Below, piece by piece: positions 40,764 through 53,096 of a stretch of DNA of 64,000 nt (positions are counted from its first letter, which is position 1; every line of letters begins with the position of its first letter). The notes under the pieces were generated by a model. The model worked only from the letters and a program-made list of their open reading frames with translations. It was not told the DNA's origin and did no database searches. Source of the DNA: Antedon mediterranea (taxonomy: Eukaryota > Animalia > Echinodermata); contig NC_092673.1 in NCBI RefSeq assembly GCF_964355755.1, positions 1,674,001 to 1,738,000 on the forward strand. Direction: 5' to 3'. The position numbers and the translations under genes were made by a program.

Positions 40764-43270
40764 AATTTAGACACTTTTATTTTTATCTGCATTCAAAGAT
40801 TAACTTAATAACTTTATTTTTCAACAAAAAAAGGAAAAGAATTAAGACAATGAAATTATTATACATTAGGCCTAAATAATGAGAAAAACCATACAAAATC
40901 GAAGCTTTAATGAGGTTCAACCGAAATAACAAAATACTCTGTTTTGCATAAAAAAATATCAGATAAAATTCGATAAATCAGTATAAATTGTATTGTAATA
41001 TTAAATACTTATAATGATGATAAAATCGCAAATAACGCAATAAAATAATGTTGATCAAATCATTTATTAAATTAAGAAAAAAGTTATGAAACTAAAACAA
41101 CAAAAATAATTTACCATAAAATCATGGACCTATTAAATTAAACGTCCATGATAAAATAATGAGACAATACTCACTTTTAAATATGTGTTTTAATCAATAA
41201 AATATAAATTGAAGTCAATTTTTGCATATAATGTATTTATACATGTATTTATAATACAACTTACTAAATAATTAGAACAACTTGAATAAATATTTGTTTT
41301 GATAATAATTTCTGATAACCGTTAGTTTGCTTAGTCTTTATTGATATTAATATTAACAAGTACATTGTTATTTGCTTACAAGTTAATTTTAAAATGACGA
41401 ATTAATTGAAAGAAACGTTTACTTTCATTTTAAGAGCAATTATACAAAGTTTAACCGATTTTAAAATGTCATTAAAATCGCAACATAAGTTTAAGAACAA
41501 TATTATTCGCAAGGGACTGAGCATTGAAAGTGCCTTGTTAAAGTAGGCGGGTTAACGGGAAATTGCGTCGCAGCAGAAAAAGCAAAACTTGTTGATGTCT
41601 TTATAAACGCTAAGTTCATAATGTGGTCGTTTGGTAGCAATTGGGAATTCGCTTTCTACATTGCAAAAGCCGGAAACTGTCTATTGTTTGAAGGTTTATA
41701 AAAACTGCTAAATCATAATTAGTTTTTATTCGTCACAAACTCGACAATTAGCGTTGATTACGATGTTGGTGAGAACGTACGATCTAGTTTGTTAAGAGTT
41801 CGATCATGATGCTGCATGGGGTATGTTTCTTATTAAGGAGGAACCATGATATGAAGAAACATCAGGAAGTGTTGATGATAACATAAAATGCTTATCAAAA
41901 CACATTCTGTTCATGTTTACCGTGGCAATTACACACCGTTTGCATATGTCATCAAGATTATACTGTATTTTATAATTATTATAATGTAATTTACAATCAA
42001 TGTAGTTGGCAACTTAATGCACAATTGTTTATATCAGGCCTAATATTATAATAATATTATATTTATTTTTATATCATAAAAGAACGATCTTCACTCGTGA
42101 GGACGATCAAAGTAATATGTTGATCGAAACGGGGTTTTTTTAGAACTAAATGTACGTGTGTTTACAAAAACTGGTGATTTTGAGTACGAGTAAATAATAT
42201 CAATTATTAATAAAGGCCAAATAAAATTATTTCGCAGAAACACAAAAATATGCAATTACAAGATGCAGAATGGTTACGACAAAATCCATCTATATATAAG
42301 TAAACTTACACCAAATATAAATCAAATTCATCCACTAACAATAGAAAATAATTATAATAATAAATGTACTTTTTTTCGTTTTTCTTTGAAAGGAATAGAA
42401 CATTTATCTTTGTTAAAAAAAGATAAATTTTCTAATTCTGACAAAGAAAAACGAAAAAAGTATTGTCATGCATTATAATTGTACTGACACGTTTATAAAA
42501 TATTTATATCTTATTTTTAAAATTTATATTTGTAATTGTTTTCTCTAATAGTGGTATTAAATATTAATAATTATTAATCGTGTGTATCGAAGCACTAATG
42601 AAGATCTAGGCTGGTATTTTTAATTTTATCTATCAACACGTCGCCATATTTAAAGGAAATGTTGTACGTTAATTGAATCTGCTACACATCTAAGTTCATT
42701 AGACGTTCATTATAATCTGACCGTTTTTTGACCCCTCCTAAATAGTGAAAACGCCCCTTCCCCAAAATAAACGGTTAGAAAAATGCTTTTAAATTCATTA
42801 GGCCTATAAACAAAAATATCTTGGTTAACTTAAGAGTTCTCCAATATGACAAATAGAGATGAATGAAATCAAACTTTGAATAGACCACTTTGTAGTTAAA
42901 AATTAACAAAATTGGCCTATTAATTTCTTATTTTAAAAAAAGACAATATAAAAGGTTACTTTTAACCAAAAGCGAACTTTTTTCAAAATTTGCTTTAACC
43001 AAAAGCACACCTTTTTTCAGGTTGACAATATTTTCTTTAAACTTATCGGTTTTATCAAGAACAAATATTTTGTAATCGAATTCGTCGAAGTGAATAACAA
43101 TTAGGCCTATGTAGCATATAGCGGTCTATTTTAACACAAAATGTGTGTTCCAATTTAGGAAACTTGTCTGTTTGATAATATATTTTTCACACGACAAGTA
43201 AAAGAACCAATCATTAACTAACATTTAGATTGAGTGAAAAGAAATGAATAGAGCATTTTATGGCTTAATA

Positions 43271-44020
43271 AAGAATAGGCGTATAGGAAGAATAGGCGTA
43301 TAGGAAGAATAGGCGTATAGGAAGAATAGGCGTATAGGAAGAATAGGCGTATAGGAAGAATAGGCGTATAGGAAGAATAGGCGTATAGGAAGAATAGGCG
43401 TATAGGAAGAATAGGCGTATAGGAAGAATAGGCGTATAGGAAGAATAGGCGTATAGGAAGAATAGGCGTATAGGAAGAATAGGCGTATAGGAAGAATAGG
43501 CGTATAGGAAGAATAGGCGTATAGGAAGAATAGGCGTATAGGAAGAATAGGCGTATAGGAAGAATAGGCGTATAGGAAGAATAGGCGTATAGGAAGAATA
43601 GGCGTATAGGAAGAATAGGCGTATAGGAAGAATAGGCGTATAGGAAGAATAGGCGTATAGGAAGAATAGGCGTATAGGAAGAATAGGCGTATAGGAAGAA
43701 TAGGCGTATAGGAAGAATAGGCGTATAGGAAGAATAGGCGTATAGGAAGAATAGGCGTATAGGAAGAATAGGCGTATAGGAAGAATAGGCGTATAGGAAG
43801 AATAGGCGTATAGGAAGAATAGGCGTATAGGAAGAATAGGCGTATAGGAAGAATAGGCGTATAGGAAGAATAGGCGTATAGGAAGAATAGGCGTATAGGA
43901 AGAATAGGCGTATAGGAAGAATAGGCGTATAGGAATAATTGGCGTATAGGAAGAATAGGCGTATAGGAAGAATAGGCGTATAGGAAGAATAGGCGTATAG
44001 GAAGAATAGGCGTATAGGAA
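43271..44020. repeat. Minisatellite, 17-bp unit (aagaataggcgtatagg), about 44 copies
   Basis: Essentially perfect head-to-tail array with one variant unit near 43935. Confidence 0.98.
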
Positions 44021-47000
44021 TAATGTGATCTAATATCTATATTAGAAAGAAACTATAATTATTACCGTATTCTATTATTACATTGTTATTTTAATATTTA
44101 ATTATTATTTAAACAAAATATTTCACTTTATGTTTTACCTCTATAGTTGTCTACTTTGGCACATGTTTTTTTTCTCTTTGTTGGCATATGTTTTTTTCTC
44201 TTTGGCATATGTTATTGTAACGTTAACATACTAAGTCTTACTCTGATTAAGAAGGTACCACAGCTTGTTGTCTCTAAGCACAAGATGAAATTCATAAAAT
44301 GTGTAGTGTTCTATGACGTAATATAGGCACATTTGGATCCAATCGGGATTGTTATTGTTTTTACTAAATGATTGAGTAAGTAACTCCAAATGTTACACAT
44401 CTGAATTTGTGCAACCGAACACACGTAGGCATGCATATACACCCGGTAGATCTAGGAAGAACGTTTCATGGTGCGATCAAATTTGACACCTCCCCATCCT
44501 AATGTATGTTGTGGTTACTCCAGTTATAGTGAGGCCTAAGCATATATGAGTAGCCCTGCTTAACATTATAAACAAACTTACTCATCTTATTGTCCAAATT
44601 ATAAGTATTTATTTTCTTACTGTTTACGAATTTAATTTTAAATTAAGTAAATTAAGAAAAGATAAAATGTGCATTCAAGTAAAGGGAGAAGTGAAGACCA
44701 AAATGTAACCTGTTTTCCTTATAGGCCTACATTAATATGCAAGAAAGGAATTGTAACATTTGGAATTAACAAAAATGTGTTAAATGATATAATTTTATGT
44801 AATGACATGACATAATATGAATGTGAATAAAAGTGGTGTTTGCGCCACAAAAGACAAAAAAAATTAATGTGCAAGAAAGATTTCTCTTTAATTGAAACAA
44901 AACATTTATTTAATGTTCAATTAATGTTTAATTAATTATAATTATTATTATTATTATTATTATAATTAATTAATTATAACAAAGTACTAGCATACAACTT
45001 GGAAAACTTTTATTTTTCCAAAGTAAAAAATAAGGTATTATGTTTAACAATGTATATAACTGTGTTATACTCAGAGTGCAGAAATTACGATTGGTGCTGA
45101 TGCACTAAGTTATAGCAGTGCAAACTGAATGACATTACAGTAACTACTTGAACTTGTCAGACCCCATTTAAGACATTGAAGTAGCGTATCATCCTCATCT
45201 CACGCTTGTCTTATAATTATTTCCTTTGTTAATAAGCCATGTCATTAATTTCATTATCCAAAAGTGTGTGCAACATTTCGAGTCAAATTATTATAAAACG
45301 ACGCTTAAGTTACTGTTTTTGTTTAGTTTTTCTTTAGATTAAAAGTGATTCGTTATTTCCGTAATCGGAAATGTTCAAATCGTAATCTATAAGATTTAAA
45401 CGAACACTGATATTAATAATGGTATACCATTAGCGCCTCATATTCTTCCGGAGTGTCGTAACTCTCCGGGGGCAGGTGCTGTTAGAAATTATAATAGTGA
45501 TAATAGTCAGTAACAGATGCTGGGCCTAGCTGTTGTGAGTGTCGGCGGCGCATCTTCCGAAGATGATGCTGCTGATGTAGCGGCGATGAGGTTGAGTGAG
45601 TGAGTCACGTACCTAAGGGCCTAGTGATGGTCCCTAGTGGGCCTAACCTGGCAAATCAAGCGACAATGATGAGTCTGCATTTGAATCTGTACCACCTGGT
45701 TTAACTAAACTTAATACAACACACACTAATCTATTGTAGTGTGAAAAGAGCTGACTCACGACTGTACAACAATACAAAACGTACACCTGTGTTGATGGTT
45801 TATCAGTCATTCAGGCATAAGTTTAGTTTACACCTAACTTTTATTAAAGTTCATTGACAACTTTTCTGTTCGCAAATCATCCTCTTGTCATCGTATGATT
45901 ATCATTGTTTTTATCATCGTATTGTCGTAAATATTTATCTTTAGGCCTATCACCATCATCGTCATCATTATCATCATCATTATCATCATCATCATACATC
46001 CTCATCTCACTATCATCATTAAAACATATCATACATCACACAATCATAATTATATTCTTTGAAAATGTAATCCTTTGTATTACACTTTACATTCGTTCAT
46101 TTTCATTTTTGGTTTTATAACTTCTCTTTTGAACGCGTTACAAGAGAAATTGAAAAAAAAACATTGAGAAAACATTTTAAATCTAAATTGTATGTAATAA
46201 ATTAATTAAATTGACAACCAATTTTGTTGAATTTAAATCATCATTTTATACGTCCAGTATTTAATTTAATCAATCTTATTTAATATTTAGGCAAACCACA
46301 CAATTATTGTATGTGTAACAGATATGTTGACAGGCGTGTTTTATGTTTAACAATCAAACAAAAAATTAATAAGTCCTTATGATATGATATTCTAAGCCTA
46401 TATTTATTTATTTGATTTATCCTACGAATAATTTATTTAATTAGGCCCACCTGTCTCTTTGGGATGTACATTGTAATTAACTATAAATTCAATTATTAAT
46501 AAACGATTGGATATCCCGTCTAATTTGAGAGTACATGGTTTGAATTAAGATAAGACAAACCATTCTCATGTTTTCAGCGGGAGTTTAATATAAAATTATA
46601 ATATATAATTAATCAATATGATTAGTTATATAAGTTGATTGGAAATAATATGTATTGAGACTAGTGTACCCCGACATAGCAGTCACATTTATATAACGCC
46701 TTTTCAAAGATCAAATCGCTTTATGAACCAGTCATTAGGTGAACATACTATTTCGGAAAAGGTGCGTGAGACCCTTGAAGATAATTTAAAATATTTGTGC
46801 TGCACACAGTTTATATAAACGAATTTAATGCTTTTATATTTTTAAAAGAATTATTGTTTTATTATTTTTTACATTATTATTTTCGATAAATGTCTTGCGT
46901 GTTTAAATAATACAACTTTTTATCATCTTTAGGGACATCATTTACAATCGGTAGTTGTACGTTTTTCTTTGGACGCTCGCGTGCCAAGTCTCTTCGTTGT

Positions 47001-47671
47001 GCAACTAATACCAATTAGGCCTATGTTGATATGAATACATTGTAAAATTGATTCATCGAAACATGTTATACAATTATCTAACCTTGAATTATAGTTTTAA
47101 ATTATATCAAACGGACAGCACATCTTTCTTTTCCAACTGTTTAATAGCCATTGTAGCAATATCGTTGGAAATGTAGCTACAGTACCACTTTATTCCCTTG
47201 AACAAATTTGAATACTTTTACCGTAATTGTACTACATCATTACTACAATTATTGAAACATATTCATTTTAAAATTGTTGTTTCCAAACTTTATTGAAATT
47301 ATTAAAAAAAAATATTATTCTTAATTATATCTAATTTAAATAGCTAAACGAGACTCCGTTATCGTAGTACTTAATGACCCTTGATGACCTAAGTAGACTC
47401 ATTGAATGTTATCGTCATTTTACGTTGTATACAATCACGGAACTTATGTTTTAATGTGCTACTTGGGCTGAAGTGGTAATTAAATACAGACTTTATGAAA
47501 GTATTTTAATTTGGAAATTTGATAAAGATTTTCCTTATGGTCATCAAATCAGCGTTAACTATTGAAAAAAGCGTTTGTACCATGCCGGAATCGTGCGTTG
47601 TGTACTCGAAGTACGCATCAATTTTGTACGAGAAATCCGAGTTTGTTCCGGTACCGTACGGTACTCTTAAC

Positions 47672-47826
47672 AGTTTGGTTCCCACTAGAGACGCAAAGCA
47701 ATGACGTAGACACAACGCAAACAAGTTGACCAATCACAAGTTCAAATTATCCATCGCTTGTGATTGGTCAAATAACTTACGTTGCGCTTACTTCATTGCG
47801 TTGCGTCTCAGTGGAAATCAAGCTTT
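47672..47826. mobile_element. MITE family B copy
   Basis: agtttggttcccactagagacgca...ttgaccaatcacaag...cttgtgattggtcaa...tgcgtctcagtggaaatcaagct, a fold-back structure. Confidence 0.8.
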
Positions 47827-50489
47827 TACGTATCTTCGTGCGTACCACCGCAATTATGCGTAGTAGTAGAGTACGGTGCACATCATAGCTTGTAAAAAGA
47901 GTCATTATCAATACTGGTAAATATTGTATCAACATCTCAGTATAACACGTTTCCTCCCTCTTGACAATGCTGCCGAATCAATGTGATATCATCGTATTGC
48001 TTGTTAACAGTAGTCCGAATTGACAATTCGATGTAAACTTCTTCGTGGAAATAACCAAACAAGTTCGAAAGTTCATGTCTATAGAACCTTGAAAGTCTTA
48101 CCATTCAAACCGTGTCAATATTAATTGAAATAATCGATGTATCACATGAAAAATAATAGTCCAGGCCGATCCGCAATGGATTGTTAACATTTCGGTTTTC
48201 AACTTGAAATTAACTTATAAAACGAATTATTAAGGAAAAATTTATGTCTCTTTTGTGATGACAAGAAATGTATTTAAGCATTTTTTAACAAAGTTAAACT
48301 AATAATTATTCTTGTTTCAATTTCAGGTTTAATGTTCTGGGGCCTCGTAGTGAAATAGATTAGGATCAAGTCATCGGTGAGTTTTAGCGACAAAATTACG
48401 GTAATTTCAGAATAGTGCAAGTCATGTACAATTTGACGATAGGCCCAAGAGTTTGTTGTGTCTTAGCTGGCAGATTTCGATTACTTGTGACAGGCTGTTA
48501 TGTAAAGTCATGGTGGTTTTACACTATGCACTGCCTAGAATACATTTAGTAGCGTTTGTTGGTTGTGAGTCTGTGATCCCTGGAGACTAGTGGTAGTAAC
48601 ACATACTCACGATATACGTAAATTGAATCAGTACAGAGTGGCTAGGAAAGAAGGCAATTTTAAAACTTGTTGCTGCGTACATTTTATGTCAACCGGGGCT
48701 TTCCATACAACACCTGTTTTACTGATACGGTTAAAAGATCACCGATAACTGTTACAAATAATGTTTGTAACAGTTACATATTATTATATTACGTAAGGGC
48801 ATGTATACTTATCGAAACAGAAACATTGATAATTCAACTTTTATAATATTCATATATCAATGAAATACAATAGTATTAATAAAAACAAGGAACCGGAGGC
48901 TAACAGTGCAAAAAGAATGTCCAATCAAGTTTTTTAAAGGTTACGTGTAATGTTTGACATCATTAATACGTAGGTCATTAAATTCTTTAACCTAACTGAA
49001 CAATTTGTTTCCTTTTGTATGAGTATTAAAATCTCTAGAGGGAGGTTATAAGGCTAGAATGTTCAATATTAACAATTATTCAGAAGTTTTAACAATTTTC
49101 TGTGATTCTCCTGGGCAATACCCAGCTAGATGACACACGATAACACGGAATACATGAACATAACATACGTTGAACATAATTTGGTTAAAACAATAACTTA
49201 TTTTGATAGAGGCTGGCCACACACGTCATGGGCGTATCCATGGTTGTGGTTAAAGTTTCCAAAGTGTTGAGCACGATCAACGGAAAACTCCAACTGAGTA
49301 AATGAATACGGAAAAACAAAAACAAAATACCACTAACTGATGTTTATTGTAACTTTTATTTCTCGATTGCATCATTACTAAAACTGAATGTTTATATTTT
49401 ACGGTTTACATGTGTATTTAATTGTATAAAATATACTTTATTTTTACTGTGGCTTTAAGAGCTTTCACTTAAAATGTGGTCAAAGCTTGTCTGGGACGAT
49501 TGCTCCTAATTAGCGATTCAAACTAATGAGAAATGTACCCCAGACTGAAAGATTCTACACAATACATAAGCGCTCTATAACACCGTTAAACAGCTAAAGG
49601 TGTGAAGCTTAACAGTTTTGGTTACTCAACTCCACTGTCTTTATGTTAATGGTACAGTGTTCACGCTGGCTTCCACTTGTGAAAATATAACCGCATATAA
49701 TAGCCAACGGTAAGAACTCATACAGGGAACCATTCTACTACGAAAACTCGAAATAATACCTTTAAACCATAATTTGCACCTGGCCATTACGTGATCTAAA
49801 AAGAATATTGAATTAATAATTAAGATGTACAATATAACAGTTATTCAAATGCATGAAGTGTTGTCGTTTAATACTATTATATCCAATTAATACTGTTATG
49901 GTAAAATAATTTTATTCAACTGATAATTGTTCGTCTCTTGTAAATTGTTTCTCTTGAATTGTTTAGATATGCAAGGTTGATCAACTTGGTCAAAGAAGTA
50001 CTGTCTATAATATTCCATAATTTTTAAATAAATAAACACTTTTTTTTCAAATAGCATAGTACAATTCACATTGTACGCTTATTAGCATTTGTAGACAATT
50101 TATAGGCCACAATTTCGCCATCATTATTTCGGCAATTTTTTTTCTCTAGGCCGCACAAAAGTCACGTCACATTTAGGCCTAAACTTTTGTAAAAAACAGC
50201 CTTATATATTCATTATTATACTACGGGCATAATAATTTCAGAGTTAGGCCTATAAAATAATAGTTATTTAGATATTAAACAACTTGTCGATTTTTAACAA
50301 GAACAATTAGGCACATAACAAATACAACACTAAGTCCTGACGTCGTACGTTCAAACACTCGCTTAAATTAACATGTACATTGATAGATTCTTTTCTCATA
50401 TGTCTATAATTTCTATATGTACAAATTTACAATATATTTATAAGTACACTAATTAATTAATTATTTACATATCAAATATCTTTTGGTTT

Positions 50490-50938
50490 TTATTTGCCGA
50501 ATACAGGTAGGATGCTTCCAAAGTGTGGTACGGGTACCTGCCCCCAGAACGGATAAGGTACACTCGTGCAGTACGGTGAAGGGCCGAGACCACACGGTGT
50601 ACATTGTGGTACACTTGGGATATCTGAGTAAAACAGTCTTGGTCCGTCACTATACAATACTTTGACTGCTACTTTTTTGGCGGGAGGAGTCATGAGTTCT
50701 GCAGCAATTTGCTTCCGTTTTGTTTTGTATCGTCTGTTTTGGAACCAAATTTTGACTTGTTGCTCGGTAAGTTTTAACGCAGCCGCTAAATCTGCTCTTT
50801 CTGGTCCTGATAGATAGCGCTGATGGCTGAAACGTCTCTCTAATTCGAACACCTGAGCGTGAGAGAAGGCTGCCCTGGACCTCTTCTTCCTCGGCTTTAA
50901 GGATGTGGATCGTGGGCTAGAAGCTGAGTCATCACTAC
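50490..50938 (-). CDS. NKX3-2: NK3/bagpipe homeobox gene, exon 2 (homeodomain)
   Basis: Acceptor tttttacag at 50940-50939, phase 1. Reads ...[63 protein letters not shown] (NK3 homeodomain, Tyr54), then the NK2-SD-like AKKVAVKVL and a Tyr/Pro-rich tail. TAA at 50492-50490. Confidence 0.98.
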
Positions 50939-52597
50939 CTGTAAAAAGTAAAGTTAAATAGGAATAATAAAGTGTGACGTATACGTCCAGGTTTTTTAAA
51001 TTCTAATATTACACAGGGGACCACTTTGTTAGCATTATCAAGAGAGATGTAAAGATTCTCAGACCACATCATAATCAACGTTTCCACTCATCTAAAGCTT
51101 ATTTCCGGAGTGACAATGCAAAATAAAGGTAGGCCTAAAAGAAATACATTAAAATGATATATAACTAACTAAATTTGACTGATAAAAAGCATACTATATG
51201 CAAAACAATGTGGTATTATTATCAATTATCGTCGGCAACCAAGAAACAATGTTTAACAATGAATAATATGGGTTTTAACTTAATTCATTTATACTATTTC
51301 TGATTTTAATGAACATTTGGAAGAATCATATAGTACAAAAAATATTTTTTTTTTAACTAAGCAAAAGAATAAGATATGTTAAACTATATGATTTTTATTT
51401 ATTATTTTTTTTTTAAAGGCGTTATTCGATGACCGTGTTGTTGATTATTGTATTTTCCTCTTTACTTTACTACCTTTATCGTATCCAGGTGTAAAAATAT
51501 GTTTATTATCATATCAGAATGTGCATTTTATGACCTAAAACATTATCTCGTGTGTGGGCCTGAGTGAAGTAAACTTGGATATCACAGCTGACTGGTGAAT
51601 AGATAGCAAACTTATACAATCGGAATGTGAATGGTGGTAAGTTAGGGAAATAATATGGAAATATCAATTACACGCTTACTTGCCTGTAGCATGGTAATAA
51701 AGATGTAAACCGCGCGCTTATATAAGCAGACGACATATGAAAACTCATCGTCTGACAAAACTATGGCGCGCCATATAAAACAGTTATTATTTTTATTTAT
51801 ACAGTGTTTGATAAGACGTTTATTTATTTATTTTTTTGGAGAATTAACGAACTGTTGTAAAAGTGTTAATAATTTTTTTTATTTATTATTTATTTAATCA
51901 CACTCTTGTTTATACAACAAGATATATAATATAGCAATTAAAATAGACACACTAGATAAAAACATCAAACTAACAGTCTTAAAACACCACAAATAAATAA
52001 CGACCTCAAGCAAAGGAATTTTTTTCTTTTAAAAGACATACTGTATATAATGTATGTGTACATTAATTAATTTAATGATAAGATCTTTTAAAGTAAATAA
52101 AAAACCCCAATCATTTTGTACTAATTGTCAATAGCAGGTCAATGTCTATGGAATACGAGTATTTCAGAAGAATTAAACTTTGTTTTAGATTTTTGTTTAG
52201 AATGTAATGATTTTTCTATTATAGTAGACCTATAATATTAATAGGTATACGTTTATCTTATAATATAATTATGTTTAGATACTTTAGGAACTTAACCAAT
52301 GGCCTATATGAAACGTTTGTACTATTTAGTGACTCCGTTTATCAATAAATAAAATGAATTTATTTAAAATGAACCCACTTTTAATACAAAAATGAGTTTG
52401 AATGACCTCAAAATGAATGTTTCTTAAAATGAAATTGATAATTTTATTTTATCGGGTTTACCAACCAAAAATACAATTTCAAACTGATTTTATATAATAA
52501 CTATATAACAATATGGGCTTAGGCTTAATCAGTGTTATATTTATTTTAAACAACAATAAATAATGACATTTATTATGATAATGATTTATGTTCTTAC

Positions 52598-53096
52598 CTT
52601 CACTTTCAGATTCGTTTGCTTTTGAAATAGAATTTTCATCCTCGTCATCAACAATAATAGAAATTCGGTCATCTAATGTTGATTCTGAAGGGTACGTTGA
52701 TGACACCGTATCAGAGCCTGTCCTACAATCTGCCGATGGGTACGTAGACACAGTATCTACGCCTGTTCTTGCTTCGGGTAACTCATCCATATTCTCCTCC
52801 TCTTCCATTTTATCAGGTAGGCTTAGCTCATTATCCTTTAATTTGGACATTAATCTTTGCTGTAAAGTATGTTCTAATACAGATTTATCGTTGTTAGATG
52901 TTTTCGAGATTGGAGAAAAAGAGGTGTATGGATTGACTCCAGTATCTAAACCGTTCCGCCTCACGTCTGAAGAAGTAAGCATTCTCTGTTCAGGTATTTT
53001 AGTCCTATTACAAACACGGCCATCCGATTTTTTACCTAAAATATCAAGAATTGAAAACGGTGTCGACGAACTCTCTGCTGCCTGTGATCCAACCAT
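52598..53096 (-). CDS. NKX3-2: NK3/bagpipe homeobox gene, exon 1
   Basis: ATG at 53096, TN/eh1 motif TPFSILDIL, acidic linker. Phase-1 donor G|gtaaga at 52597 is in frame with exon 2. Spliced CDS 499+449 = 948 nt = 315 aa + stop. Confidence 0.94.

Noticed and set aside
50760-50770. LTEQQVK instead of the usual LTETQVK in the NK3 homeodomain
   Set aside because: A single substitution outside the main base-contacting residues; not interpretable without an ortholog alignment.
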